A DNA stretch of 61,510 nucleotides, filler included. It is 14 parts of 14 records of this genome, joined end to end, with 100 filler letters (N's around TTAATTAATTAA, not from the genome) between each part and the next. Parts side by side here need not be neighbours in the genome. Positions count along the whole stretch, not along the records: positions 20,039 to 23,631 come from SRR7504441_81994; positions 23,732 to 26,904 come from SRR7504441_82017; positions 27,005 to 30,946 come from SRR7504441_82020; positions 31,047 to 34,328 come from SRR7504441_82029; 10 more parts are not named here. One strand, 5' to 3'. The notes beneath the pieces are model-generated. The model worked only from the letters and a program-made list of their open reading frames with translations, was not told the DNA's origin and did not search any database. A program made the position numbers and the translations under genes. This document shows, piece after piece, positions 20,039 to 32,355 of this stretch (position 1 is its first letter; each line of letters starts with the position of its first letter).

Positions 20039-23000
20039 GCATGTAGCCAAAGGCCAAATTCGGACCCAGCACCAGGGAGATGATATCTCACTTCCCAATC
20101 TTGTCCCTAGTATTACAGTTTCGTTGGTTATCCACCATTGAAAATATTGCTGCTCGAACCTGACACAGTTGCTTTTCTCAAGTTCTTTGTGGTGCGGTTC
20201 TGTCCTTGACAGCACGATGGCATGCGCATTTGTTCCAGAAAACCCGAACGAGTTTATGCCTTTCGATTGGACAGGACTCTCGCTTGTTTGCTGTGTCTTC
20301 AAGAGCGTTGCAAAATTCTGGAGTGGAAGGTGCTCGTTTGGTCGTTTCAGGCTTAAGTTGGGAGGAGAAAGCCGCTTTTCCAATCCGAGCACTGCTACAA
20401 CTAATGAAGCGCACCCAGTGAAGTACTCGGCATGTCCCAGGTGGGTTTTAAGAGCCCCAATGCTAACTGGCGTATGCAGATGCCCATTTCCAAGCGCAGA
20501 ATGGAGTGCATCGATCTCGATTGGGTCGCCGAGTGGAGTGCCCGTTCCATGAGCCTCGATAGAGTGACGCAAATGATCGATCCTTGCCTGTTGCAAGGCC
20601 TTGACCAGCATCGCACGCTGAGCTGTTCCATTCGGTGCTGAAAAACTGGCGCTGCGGCCATCTTGATTAACGCAGGTAGACCTGATTACAGGCAAGTCTA
20701 GTTGTATCGACTCCAATACTACAGCAAAACAACCTTCCCCAAGACCAAAGCCATCTGCGGCTGCATCAAATGTCTTGCACTGGCCATTGAATGCGAGTGG
20801 GAGTGTAATTGAGCCCATCCATGCAGAAGCATGAACTGATAAAGAGACACCCGCAACAAGTGCAGTTTGACAGCTCCTTCTGTGCAAAGATGCCCTCGCG
20901 GTGTCCAATGCCACCAATGATGCCGAACACGCAGTGTCCACTACTAGGCACGGTCCCCTGAGCCCTAAAATGTAGGATATTCGACCTGCCGCTGCAGCCG
21001 GGGAAGCCCCAGCTGCAGTAAACACGGACTCGGCGAGGTTTTCCAGCACGCGAGACCACAAAGTCTGGCCAAAGCCTATAAACACACCAATGCCTTGCTC
21101 GAATAGCGTGGATTTCTGATGGCCAGCGCGCGAGAAGGCACCAAAAGCAACTTCGAGAAGCAGCCGATGATTAGGATCAGTCACGCTTGCTTCAATGGGG
21201 CTAAGACCAAAGAATTCCTGGTCGAAAACTTCAGCACGGTCAACAATGTGTCCACGATATACCAGTGGTTGGATTGAAGCCTTCGTCTCAACTGACTGCG
21301 AGTCGCATCGCGAGAGAGGTGGAATGCTTGTCGAGTCGTGTGCAGAGGATATCGCTGCCCAGAGGAGCTGGGTGTCAGAGCACCCATCTGGTGCTCGACA
21401 GGAGACACCTCTGCACTTCGGTAATAAGGTCGAGTCGTCCAAACACAGATCGTCATTGGCCAAGTGAAGAGCTGCCAGCGGGTCTCGATTTTGTCTGCTG
21501 CTCGCATAAAGAGCGATCGCCCGGACTGTCGGATAGCTGAAGACCAAAGTCGCCGGTAATCGCGTAGTCTGGTCCAAAATAACATCTAATGATCTTGCAA
21601 GCTCCACAGCCTGGCTTGACTTGAGCCCTGCTTCTAAGAGTGGCTGAGTGGCCACAATTGCTCGGCCCAGGACTTGACTGACATGTGCAAGGACTCTCAG
21701 CTCAACGCTCTGTTCAAATTTGCTCGCAGAGGGCTTCCCAACAAAAGAGCACGTGTTGAGTAGAGGCTCCTGGCTGCCTCTTGAATTCTGCAGGCTTATT
21801 TGTTCGTGGTGACCATGATCCAGGGGCACTGTTCGAGCAACCTTTGAGTGGCTGTTTGTCCCCGATACCTGATCTGCTGCTGCTGAACCTCTGGCCTGAT
21901 TTCTGCAGCTGGACTGCGCTCTTGTATCTCTCTGATTTATGGCCTGGTTGTATTCAAGAGCAAGGTGTACGTTGAACCCACTTCCAGATGTCCCGCTTAT
22001 CCCGATTGAGAGGATTTCTCCTTCCAGGCGAATGCTTGTATGAGATATTGGAAGGCAAATACTCTGCTGGGAATTTCTGAGCCTACTACAGAGGGTGTCG
22101 ATCCCAACTGCACCGGGAACAGCCTGATGGTGGAGTGCAAGAGTGCACACAATGGCTGCAATGACACCAGCAGCAGACATCGAATGCCCAATGTGCCCTT
22201 TGTGTGAGATTAAAACGAGTGGGCTCGATGCTGAGCGGGTGGCAGCCATCGGCATCACAACTCCATCTATTTCAGGGAGGTCCGAAGCTGGATTACCCAT
22301 GGCATGTAGGTGAACGGCTGCTTCTTGATCAAGTTTCCTCGTGGCTTTCTGGGTCACAGTCTCCATAGCATCTGGATCAGCAAAGCCTAGTGGGCACTGT
22401 GTACCATTCTGGTTGGTGGCGTGGCCTGTAAATGCAGCTAGAGAGCGTAGCTGCGAGGTGGTTCTGTGAAGAATCAAAGAACCATAGGCTTCACCGGGCA
22501 TTGTTCCATCGGCACTCTCGTCTAGTGGCTTCAAACGGCCAGAAGGCGAGAGAATGCCAGCTTTATGAAGTTTTATGAGCTCGGCTGTATGGAGCATCAG
22601 ATAAACGGCGCCAATGACCGCAAATTTGCAGCTGCCCTCCTCGATTGCGCGGATTCCTTCATCTGTTGCCAGGTACCCCGCCGAGCAGGCAGCTGTCACG
22701 TTGGCATGTGGACCGTTGATCTGAAGGGTGGATGCAACAACATGACTTATATGGAATGATCTGGTGGGCACCAAGAAGTCCAGAGGGTCAGCTCCGGTAA
22801 AAAGCCCAACCTTTTGATCCAATGCAGACAGCGTGAGATCAGCATCTTCTTCAGCTGCACGTATGATTTCCACTAAGCAGTGCACATGCATGTCGGTGTA
22901 AGGAGGTATTTGTCGGATTGCAGGTTTAGTGGCGTCATGAAGTTGGACAAACGCACCGCTGTAGATAGTGCTAGCGACGGCTGCTTGCTTGCAGGCATCC

Positions 23001-23631
23001 ACCCAGCGGGTCGGCGATGAAGAGGTGATGCAACATCTGCCCGAAATAAGCACGTCCCAAAGATGTGCAGGGTCATGAACGCCGCCGCTCGTGTGGCATG
23101 CAAACCCGCTTACACCAACACCAGATTTTTTTTCCGTTAGGTTGTGAGGCACCATTGTGAGTTCCATTACAGTGGATTTCACGACGAGACAATCGTCAAT
23201 GTATTGCGCAAGCAAAGATGCTGTAGGATGCTCGAAGAGGATTGCGCTCGGGAGTTCAACATTGATTTCCTGCTGCAGCAAATTTCGAAACTCGATTGCG
23301 GACAAAGAATCTAATCCAGAGTCTTGGAGAGAATCGTCTGCGGAAACAATTGTCCCAGTAATTGCCTTGACCTTCAAAATGATTGTGTCCAGTACCTGAC
23401 TGAGTGTCTGCAAGGCCGAATGACAAGAATGCGAATCAGACTTTACATAGGGTTTGGCCTTTGTTTGCTGCCAGCCTATATTAAGCTGCCGTAGACCAAA
23501 CTGGGGTGTACTCCAAATGGACATGCTCTGCAAGGCAGCCATTGCTCGAAGGACACAACAAACAGAGGGGACAGTTTCCTTCAACAAAGATGTGGGCGTT
23601 TGCACTGTATACAACTCAGCCCAAGCCCCCC
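20039..23631 (-). CDS. Modular type I polyketide synthase fragment: ACP-KS-ACP-KS, no AT domain, open at both ends
   Basis: ACP GLDSLSAIEFRN. KS1 TAACSAG / HLHAMG / KGHIGH. ACP EAGLKSSQAVEL. KS2 DTACSASL / EAHGTGT / KTHLGH / NSFGFSGTNAH. Confidence 0.93.
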
Positions 23632-23766
23632 NNNNNNNNNNNNNNNNNNNNNNNNNNNNNNNNNNNNNNNNNNNNTTAATTAATTAANNNNNNNNNNNNN
23701 NNNNNNNNNNNNNNNNNNNNNNNNNNNNNNNCCTTCGCTGGGCAGCCCACTGACCAAGGGGACAGG

Positions 23767-23855
23767 CGCCGTGCTGGGGCAACGGCATCTGCATCCACGG
23801 CCGGCAGCGGACCCTGTGCGATCCGTGCAAGAAGAGGCCTCAGACCGACCACTAG
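23767..23855 (+). CDS. Last exon of a Cys/His zinc-finger repeat protein (CxxxxxCxHGRxRxxCxxC)
   Basis: After a CAG acceptor the frame reads APCWGNGICIHGRQRTLCDPCKKRPQTDH-stop. Confidence 0.6.
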
Positions 23856-24089
23856 CCGAACAGTAGCCCCGACAAGCGAGGGAAGCTAGCAGATCTAAAC
23901 GTGGCCAAGCTGTCAGCGCACAAGAAGCACGACACTCGTGACCGGTCGGTGGTGGCGGGCTGCATGCCCATAGTCAACCGCATTTGCGGTATTAAGTCGG
24001 GCTGGTGAATGCCTAACTGTGATTACTGTAAGCCTATACTAAAGTCGTAAAGAACGTAATAATCCCGGTAACACTTGACACCACCCGAG

Positions 24090-26851
24090 ATGGCGAACAA
24101 GTCTGGCTTTGCGATGCTCCGATGGACCGGCCTCGTGCACGTCGGGCTGCTGCTGCTGCTAGGCCGGGCGGCGGGCCAGCCGAGCTACTACGACGCTGGG
24201 GTGTCTGCCTGCCGGGCCGGGCACGACCACTGGCCGTTCTGCAACACCTCGCTGTCGCTGGAGGCCCGGGTGGCCGATCTCGTGGCCCGGATCCCGGACG
24301 ACCTGAAGCCAAACTTGCTCACCGCCCGCGGGCACAGCTCGCACAATGGCCGCCAGGCCCTCCCCGAGCTCGGGGTGAGTTCTCGGCCGGCAGCCAGCTG
24401 ACTTGTGGACCGCAGGTCCCAAGTTACTATTGGGGCAGCAACTGTCTGCACTCGTCTATGTTCGCCAACTGCACCGCCAGCGGCCGGTTTCAGCCGCCCG
24501 ACCAGTGCAGCCGGCTGACCGGTGGATCGCAGGTGCTCGACCGCCTTCCCGAGCGGTCCCTCGTGGGCAGCGAGCTTCGACCGGCCGATGATGCGGGCAA
24601 TGGCCAGCACAGTCGGGCTGGAGACGCGGGCCGGGTTCAATCTGGGCAACTGGACCGATAACGGACTCAATGGGCTCGGTCTGGACTGCTGGGGCCCAGG
24701 TGACACTAGTATGAGTGTAGAATTAGCTGAGGCCTGCTGCAGTGATCAACATGAATCGAGACCCGCGCTGGGGGAGGAACGCGGAGGGCGGTACAGAGGA
24801 TCCTTATCTGATGGGTCAGCTGGCGATTGCCTGGACGCGCGGGCTGCAGCAAGCAGATGGGAGGGATCCTCGATACCTGGTGGTGGCTGCCACCCTGAAG
24901 CACTATGATGCCAACTCACTCGAGGGCGTTTCCGAGTCCGGGGTAGAGAATGGCCTCACCCGGCACACGGTGGATGCGAACGTGTCGCGCTACCTGCTCG
25001 CCGACTATTACTGGCCGGCCTTCCGGGCAGCGATCAAACAAGCTGATGCCAAGGGCGTCATGTGCAGCTAGTGACTGGCCTGCTGGATCCAGCTAAGCTG
25101 GTGGGCAGCAACGCTGTGAATGGCGTGCCCACGTGTGCCTCTCCTGTGATGCGTGCGGCCCGCGAGGGATGGGGGTTCACTGGCTATGTGATTGGCCTCG
25201 TCGTCTTGTGCTGAGGCCGGAGCAGGTCACGAGCGACTCAGACGCTGTAGCTGACATCTACTCGGCTCACAAGTACACGAAGACTGCCGCGGAAGCCAGC
25301 TGTGCCGCCATCAAGAATGGGCACTGCGACATCGACAGGTCCACTGCCTGACCTGCCCGGCGAGTTGGTGGCAGCGGGAACACGTACTATGACAATCTTC
25401 TGAGCGGGGTGCGCGACGGTCAGTGTTCCATCCAAGACGTGGACCGTGCGCTCAGCAACTCTCTCAGGATCAGGTGACCGCCTGGTGCGCTCAAAGGGGC
25501 AGCTGGTGCAGGTTTGAGCTTGGACTATTCGACCCTGTGGAAGGTCAGCCGCTGTGGCAGCTGGGTCAGCAAGACATTGGCACTGAGCAAGCAGCCGAGC
25601 TCAACCTCCGCGCCGCCCAGTCTTCGCTTGTGCTGCTGCAGAATCCTGGCCAGATCCTCCCGCTTCGGGCTGGCATCAAAATAGCGGTGCTTGGGCCGCA
25701 CGCCAATGCAAGCACCGCGCTCATTCAGCACGACACCGGCGTCGTCTGCCCTGGCAAACATTGGAAGCACGGTAACGAAGCAGATGACGCCTTCTTTGAC
25801 TGTGTTCAGTCGCCACTCGACGCAATTACTGCTGCCAACAAGGCTGGCCGGACTGAATACCAGATAGGCTGCGGTCTGACAGACAACAGCACCGCCGGCT
25901 TCGAAGCCGCGCTGGCTGCGCTGGACCGGGCGGATGTGGCTGTTCTTGGTTTGGGCATATTCGAGCGGAAGCCAGCGTCCGCTTCCCGGTACGATCTGAG
26001 CTTTCAAGAGACTGAGGGGCACGACCGGAGCTCGATTGACTTGCCAGAAGTGCAGAAGAGGCTGCTTGAGCAGGTGGCTGCCAAGGGCAAGCCCGTGGTG
26101 GTCTTCCTGCTGAACGGCGGAATGGTGGCGCTCGAGTCGTTCATCGGCCTTAAGAACGTGGCCGTGATTGAGGCGTTCTACCCTGGCAAGGCCGGGGCCA
26201 AGGCACTGGCGGACTCGATCTTTGGTCACGTCAACCGGTGGGGGAAGCTGCCGTACTCAATCTACCCGGCCAGCTGGGCGGATCGCAACTCGATGCTCGA
26301 CCACGACCTCACGCACAACCGGACCTACCGGTACGGAGCCAAACCAACACTCCCATTCGGATTCGGGCTCTCACTCACAAGGTTTGAGCTGAGTGGTCCG
26401 AGCGTGCCGGTCAAGCTGGCGACTGACCGAGGCTGGGCTAAGCTGGAGGTGACGGTGCATAACGCCGGGCGGATCCAAGGGGACGAAGTGGTGCAGGCCT
26501 ATCTGGCTCCTATCCAGGCAGGCATCCCGTGCCTGGGCACAGCTCGAGCCGGTGCAGGTGCCGCTGGCTGTGCACCCGGTCAAGACGCTCTGGGGTTTCG
26601 AGCGCGTCTCAGATCTGGCTGCCGGTGCCAGTCGTACCGTCCAGTTCAACCTTACAGGCAACCGCCGATCGGCTGAGCAGCTGACAGGCTGGACAGGCGC
26701 GGACCTGGCCCTGGCAAACCAAGCAGGGGACCTGGTTGTGGTGCCGGGCGATTACTCGGTGTTATTCGAGAATGGTGCCGGGCAGCAAGTGGCAGTGCCA
26801 TTGCAGATGTCCGGCGGTGTCACCACCATCGAGAAATTCCCTGCCGTTTGA
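24090..26851 (+). CDS. Secreted glycoside hydrolase family 3 (beta-xylosidase/beta-glucosidase) with Fn3-like tail, about 9 introns
   Basis: PFCNTSLSLEARVADLV, INMNRDPRWGRNAE..EDP, TLKHY, VMCSYNAVNGVPTC, VTSDSDA (nucleophile), EGHDRSSIDLP, PFGFGLS, GDEVVQAY. Confidence 0.95.
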
Positions 26852-27004
26852 CGCCGTTTGACAAAGCACGACAAAGCTGCACTAAAGCTGCACGTGCACC
26901 GGACNNNNNNNNNNNNNNNNNNNNNNNNNNNNNNNNNNNNNNNNNNNNTTAATTAATTAANNNNNNNNNNNNNNNNNNNNNNNNNNNNNNNNNNNNNNNN
27001 NNNN

Positions 27005-30000
27005 CCTGGCGGGCCGGCTGACAGAGGCGGCTGCAGAGGGGCGCCGGCATAGTGCTGCGGAAGCAGGGCAAGTTGGCGCTCTTAGGGTTTTCGGCACAAT
27101 TAGTGCGGGAAGTTTGACATTTCGAACACCCACCGCACAGGAGCCTCTCAGCATTCCTTTGAGTGCAGCCGAGTGCAAGTTTGAAGGTACAAAGCGCGAC
27201 GACGGCCATTTTGTCGCCTCTTCGTTTGTTGCTGTAGAAAAGATGTCAAGCACGTTCGATGCTAAATTGTTCCCACATCTTTTCTATTTCTTCATGACGC
27301 TGCAGACCATGCTGGCTTCGTGGCTTGAGCGGGGAGGGAATCCGGACGTCTTCTCTCCACACTTCAAGGCAGCAAACGCTGAGACAAATCCAACGCCAGT
27401 CCCACTTAAGCAGGAGGCCCGACCGTTGAGTGGAATGCTTCATATCACACGGATCGATATTGCTCTTCGAGGAATTGAAGTGGGTGCCCGGGCTGACCAC
27501 CAGCTGCTTGTGATCAAAAGTCAGGACTTCAGACTAATCTTGCGCAATGTTCTAGGAGGTCGAGGTGTGACACCGACAGCTGATGTTGACTTCGGGCATG
27601 TCCATCTCAAACTCTATGGAGAGCACCGCATTCGGAGTGACTTAGTGCCTGGCAAAATCAGCAACGAGAGCCAGAAAGTGCTTCACGCACAAACATGTGT
27701 CGAGATGGTACATCAGTTTGAGCAAAGCCCAGTGTCACCATCCACCTGGAGAATCAAAGTTGCGCTAAGTGACACGCGAATCATCGTCCATCCAACATGC
27801 CAAGAGCACATAGTCAGCTTCCTTACATACTTTATGTCTTCCTTTGCGCAATCTCGTGATGACTTTGATCTAGACTTGGAAGTTCTTGACACAGTGGTTC
27901 AGCCTCTTATGAGCGAGGGTGTTGAGCTGTTTAAGGAAAAGTCAGTTCAAAATCTGGAGAAGCTAAAAAAGAATCTGAGAGCGGGTGGCTGGACTGTATC
28001 GCTCCATTTTTTGATGAGAGATGTATCTTTATGCTGTGCATTCAGCAGTCGCAGCCATTTATTGCGAGGAGCTCCGGACTCTCGAGAGTTATCAGCATTA
28101 ATTTTGCTGTTTCCTGAAGCAGTAATGACATCAAGGATCACGGGCTTAGGCAACCAGCACTTCAAGGGGCTTGTACATACTGATGTAAAGGAATGGCAAT
28201 CTTACTTCAGATCGGGAGTGTCAATGAAGACACTTGCATCAACCTTGCAGCAGCAGCAGCAGCAGCTTTCATACGCCAACCAAATCAGATTTCCGGGTGG
28301 TCGACATGAGGCCATATTCGAAAGTGACATGTATGATGGCACTCAGAAAACGACCATCTGGCTCAATTCACTAGTGTCGCTGAAGGAAACTACAGAGATC
28401 CGGATTAATGCTGATATCTGGGAGCATGTTTTTGAGCTTGTGAAGCAATATGGCGATGATTCGACGGAGCCGTTACTGCCATCTTCTGGTCGGGAGGCAT
28501 TCACAGGTGCAGTTGTGGGTGCAGAATCCAATACATCAGACGAGCTGTCTGATTCCAGTGAGTTGTCTGATTTTCAGATGCCTCAGCACCAACTGCTTAT
28601 CCACACTATGTTACAAGCCCCTTCTGGGCAGTGCAAGGTATACTTAAAAGAGCAGGCATCGAGCACAAGTCAGTTTATTGAAACACCGGAAATTGCACCT
28701 CTCGCAGTTTTCATGCTTCCGTCGTTTCGATGCAGCATGCAATCCGTCAACTCGATGCAGCCTGGTGTGCAAGGGGAGAGCTGGACAGACATTATCTTGG
28801 GACAGAACAACCCTGTGATCCAATTTGATCCTAAAATACTGCTGTTTTTCGACCAGCTCATGACTGTATCCGAAGAATGCAGCCATTCCACGCCGTACCG
28901 GCGTAACGTGTCAAGCCGCCAAAACTCGGACAGGCCTCCGAGACCACCACAGCTGCATGGATCTCTGACCCCTAGTCCAGCAACTGGAATTTGGAGTCGG
29001 CTGAGAAGGCGTGGTAGTGCTGGGGCGGCTACCCCCAGTGACAGAGAAACTGAAGGGTCACAGCCTAATTCTGAAAGCAAGACAGAAGTCGGTTCGACTT
29101 CAGGCGAAGTCGGTTCGACTTCAGGCACCTCGCATCGTCGTGGCCGCAGTGCAGATTTGACAAGCAATCATGAGCCCAAAGAAGGCCTCGATCATAGCAA
29201 GACGAGCAGCCCTGCTTCTTCCTTTGCAAGCTTTGGGCAGGACACAGGTTTCGATGCTCAGAATCAGAATCGCAGTACGGACGAGGTGACTCAGGACAAC
29301 ATCGGCTTTGCGCCAGGGGAACAAACAGACGAGACAACAAACAAACTTGAGGATTGTGACAACAGCGCTCACGATCTGCATAAATATGTGCGAAGGCTCA
29401 CTTTTAGAATGGCGACCACCCGAGTCGATTTTGTTGAAGCTGAAATGGATGAGTACTCTGAGACAGTCAGTGCTGTATTTCACGGCATCAGTGCTGCATA
29501 TGTGTCTCACACATATACCTCTGCGGACGATGTCAATAATTCCTCCTGGGAGTTTGCTCCAATGCTGTACATCTCCTCTGATGGCTTTGGGGTCTCGGTT
29601 CTTGAGAAGGAAGATATCGATCCAGACCAGGTGAATAGGGTTCAGATCAGCGGTGTATCTGCTACATTTGGAATGATGCCTGCTGCCAAAGGGTTAAAGG
29701 AACAAATCGGAGTAATGGTCACTGTGCAAGACATTGGCGGGCTAGTTGACCTGGACAGCATTCACTGCTTCTCTAAGGTGTGGCATAACTGGTGCAGCTC
29801 CGCAAGCTTCACCCGTGCTGTAAGCCCCACCAAAAAGCCTAGGGCTGCAGATACTCCTCAACCTTCCACTCATTTTACTCCGTCTTTGTCGGAGGGGTTG
29901 ATCTTGACCTCACTGGTTGTATGTAATTCAAAATTCACTATCAAGTGGCCCTCAAAGGAAGAGATGTCTGTAGTAGAGATCTCGAAAGGCAGCTTCAAGG

Positions 30001-30946
30001 ACATCTCAGGACGGCACACATGGATCCTTGTGGTACAACAAGCGAGGCTCGAAGTGTACGGGCAGCTGATCAATGGTACAGCAAAGCATGGTTTGTTGTT
30101 GTCAGTTGGCAGCATGGAGTTGTCAGACTCTTCTGATACTAACACACTATTGGTGAATGCAAAAGTATTCGAACAGTCGGAATTCCAACAGTCTGAGGAT
30201 GCTTGTCTTATCATACATGGGTTGGAAGGCTGCAACCAAAGGAGGTTGCAGCTGATGGTAAGTCGCTATCAAATAGAGGTAAGAACGTGTGACAATTGGG
30301 ATGTGAATCATGAGTCAATTCAGCTGCTCGATGTGGCTGGGAGCAGCGGGCAGCTTACCTTGGTCAACAATTTGGTCAAACATGACAAGACAGATCATGA
30401 TTATGATGCCATCCTCTCTGTCGGACGGCTTTACGTAGCAACTGACCCGCTTCTTCTCGAACGAGCCCAAAAGTTTGTGGAGCAGGTCTACAAGCTAATG
30501 ACGCAAAGGCTCAAGTTCATGTCAGAAACTGGGGCTTATGGAGTTGCTTGTGGCGCCTTTCTTGAAGTTTTCAAAAAGAAGAGGCAACCAAGCCGAGTCT
30601 TCTCGGATTCCCATCACGACGGTGCTTCGCAGCCAATTAAGGGACCAGTTGTGGCAAAGCGCATTGAAATCACTGGAGAATTAGTCACAATAAAGCTCAT
30701 GGCAGCAGAGACGTCTGGGTATATCACGAAAGCTGACTGGGTGCAAGTCGAGATTGGCAAGACAAGTATCAACGAATCTGAACAACCTTTTCTGCTATCG
30801 TTAACTAGGTACACAAAAGCTGACGGAAATGTTGCACGGCACCTGAAAGGGCATGCTGCATTTGCTCTGTTCAATAAGAATGTTCTCGTGTTCCGTATGC
30901 CAGACTCGGTTGGTTGTGTCAACGTGCGTACAATGCAACGTGCTGG
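27005..30946 (+). CDS. Internal fragment of a very large beta-rich protein of uncertain family (possibly a bridge-like lipid transfer protein)
   Basis: Over 1280 uninterrupted codons, open at both ends, with repeated beta-strand groups followed by a helix and a Ser-rich linker. The family call is tentative. Confidence 0.55.
29085..29126. repeat. In-frame perfect 21-nt tandem duplication, each unit a mini-hairpin
   Basis: (gaagtcggttcgacttcaggc)x2 encodes EVGSTSG twice. gaagtcg/cgacttc is an inverted pair. Confidence 0.9.
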
Positions 30947-31046
30947 NNNNNNNNNNNNNNNNNNNNNNNNNNNNNNNNNNNNNNNNNNNNTTAATTAATT
31001 AANNNNNNNNNNNNNNNNNNNNNNNNNNNNNNNNNNNNNNNNNNNN

Positions 31047-31331
31047 TTTGGAGACATCAAAGGACTCGTTGGTGCACTGGCACGGGTAGCTGTTCACGCT
31101 GGCGCCCTCCCGGCTCGGCCACAGCCCGTGCAGCGTGAAGTCTTTGGTGTCCGATCCGTTGGGCCACGAGCTGGAGCCCTGGGCCGCAGGCCACTGCTGG
31201 ACCAGCAGAAGGTAGTCGAAGCTCGCGTTGTTGTAGGTGCATCCCTGGGGCGGCCCGCCCTCCAGACCGGCCAGTCCGGTGGCGGCCAACGCCCCCAGCG
31301 CAAGCCAGGCCGATGCGAGCGTTTGCGTCAT
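31047..31331 (-). CDS. Ribonuclease T2 family, N-terminal part
   Basis: Signal peptide, FDYLLLVQQWP, CAS I motif FTLHGLWP. Confidence 0.92.
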
Positions 31332-31379
31332 TGCAAGGAATGACGTGCCGTCCGTTGACCGTTACCAAGCGGAGATCAG

Positions 31380-31793
31380 ATGCTGCGCGGGCAGGACCAG
31401 ACCTCCGAGGCGCTGGAGCGCGACCTGGAGAAGATCCAGGCCTCGGCGCCCTGGAGAAGTAAATGGCTTGACGAGGAACTGGCCGCCTGGTACGTCTCCC
31501 GGCACCGCTCGTCCACGGGGAGCAGCGACAGCGAATACAAACGCTCTCTGAGCTTCACCAGCGGCAGCGTCGCTGAGCTCACATCGCACTCTCACTATCG
31601 CTCAAGCGACTCGCGGCACTTTGATTCGAGCAATCAGTCGCACCTGGCATATGCGGCATTTGGGCACCTGGACAGCTTCCATCTGAACGGAGTGGATCAT
31701 CCTGAGCTCGCGCAGTGCCTCGGGGCAAAACTGCAGGCAGGCCAGATAAGAGTGGAAGGCTTCTACTATGAGGAAGACGGCGGTGGTTGGTAA
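31380..31793 (+). CDS. Hypothetical protein (137 aa)
   Basis: ATG-initiated ORF with host-like codon use, head-to-head with RNase T2 and followed by an AT-rich spacer. Confidence 0.5.
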   Translation: MLRGQDQTSEALERDLEKIQASAPWRSKWLDEELAAWYVSRHRSSTGSSDSEYKRSLSFTSGSVAELTSHSHYRSSDSRHFDSSNQSHLAYAAFGHLDSFHLNGVDHPELAQCLGAKLQAGQIRVEGFYYEEDGGGW

Positions 31794-32355
31794 CTCGGCT
31801 CCGACTCGGCCGGTATGAGCCGGCTTCTGGCAGGTATGATGTCGAAGAGTATGTGACACTGATTGATGGAAAGCATTTGCTGTGCTCCAATTACACAAAG
31901 ATAGGTGGGTAGGCCAGCGGCTACGCCTTAGTCGGGTACGTCTATTGTGCGTGTTCTTAGCCTACACACTGCCGTCGAATTCGAGGACTCTAATTCCTCC
32001 TGGATTCCTCGCAATGATAATATCATGACACACACGTCAGTACAATACGTACTCGTATTCATACGGTACAGTACTCGTACACGGCAGTCAATCAAGCAGT
32101 TTGAACAACATTTGCATGATAACCCTGGAGCTACTCGTGTGAGGTAATAACTACAGTAACTCTAAGTGACTCGAGTTCATACATTCATGATTGTATAATC
32201 TCTAGTGAAATCTAGTGAAATCCGTTTTAATTTTTAGAATCGCCTTATTGACCAAAAGTTTGTTCATCAGTTGGGTCTAAAGCAGTCACAGCCCAAGACT
32301 CCGATCGAGACAACTGCAATCATGTAAGGACAGTTGATCATTGCATGACCATCGG

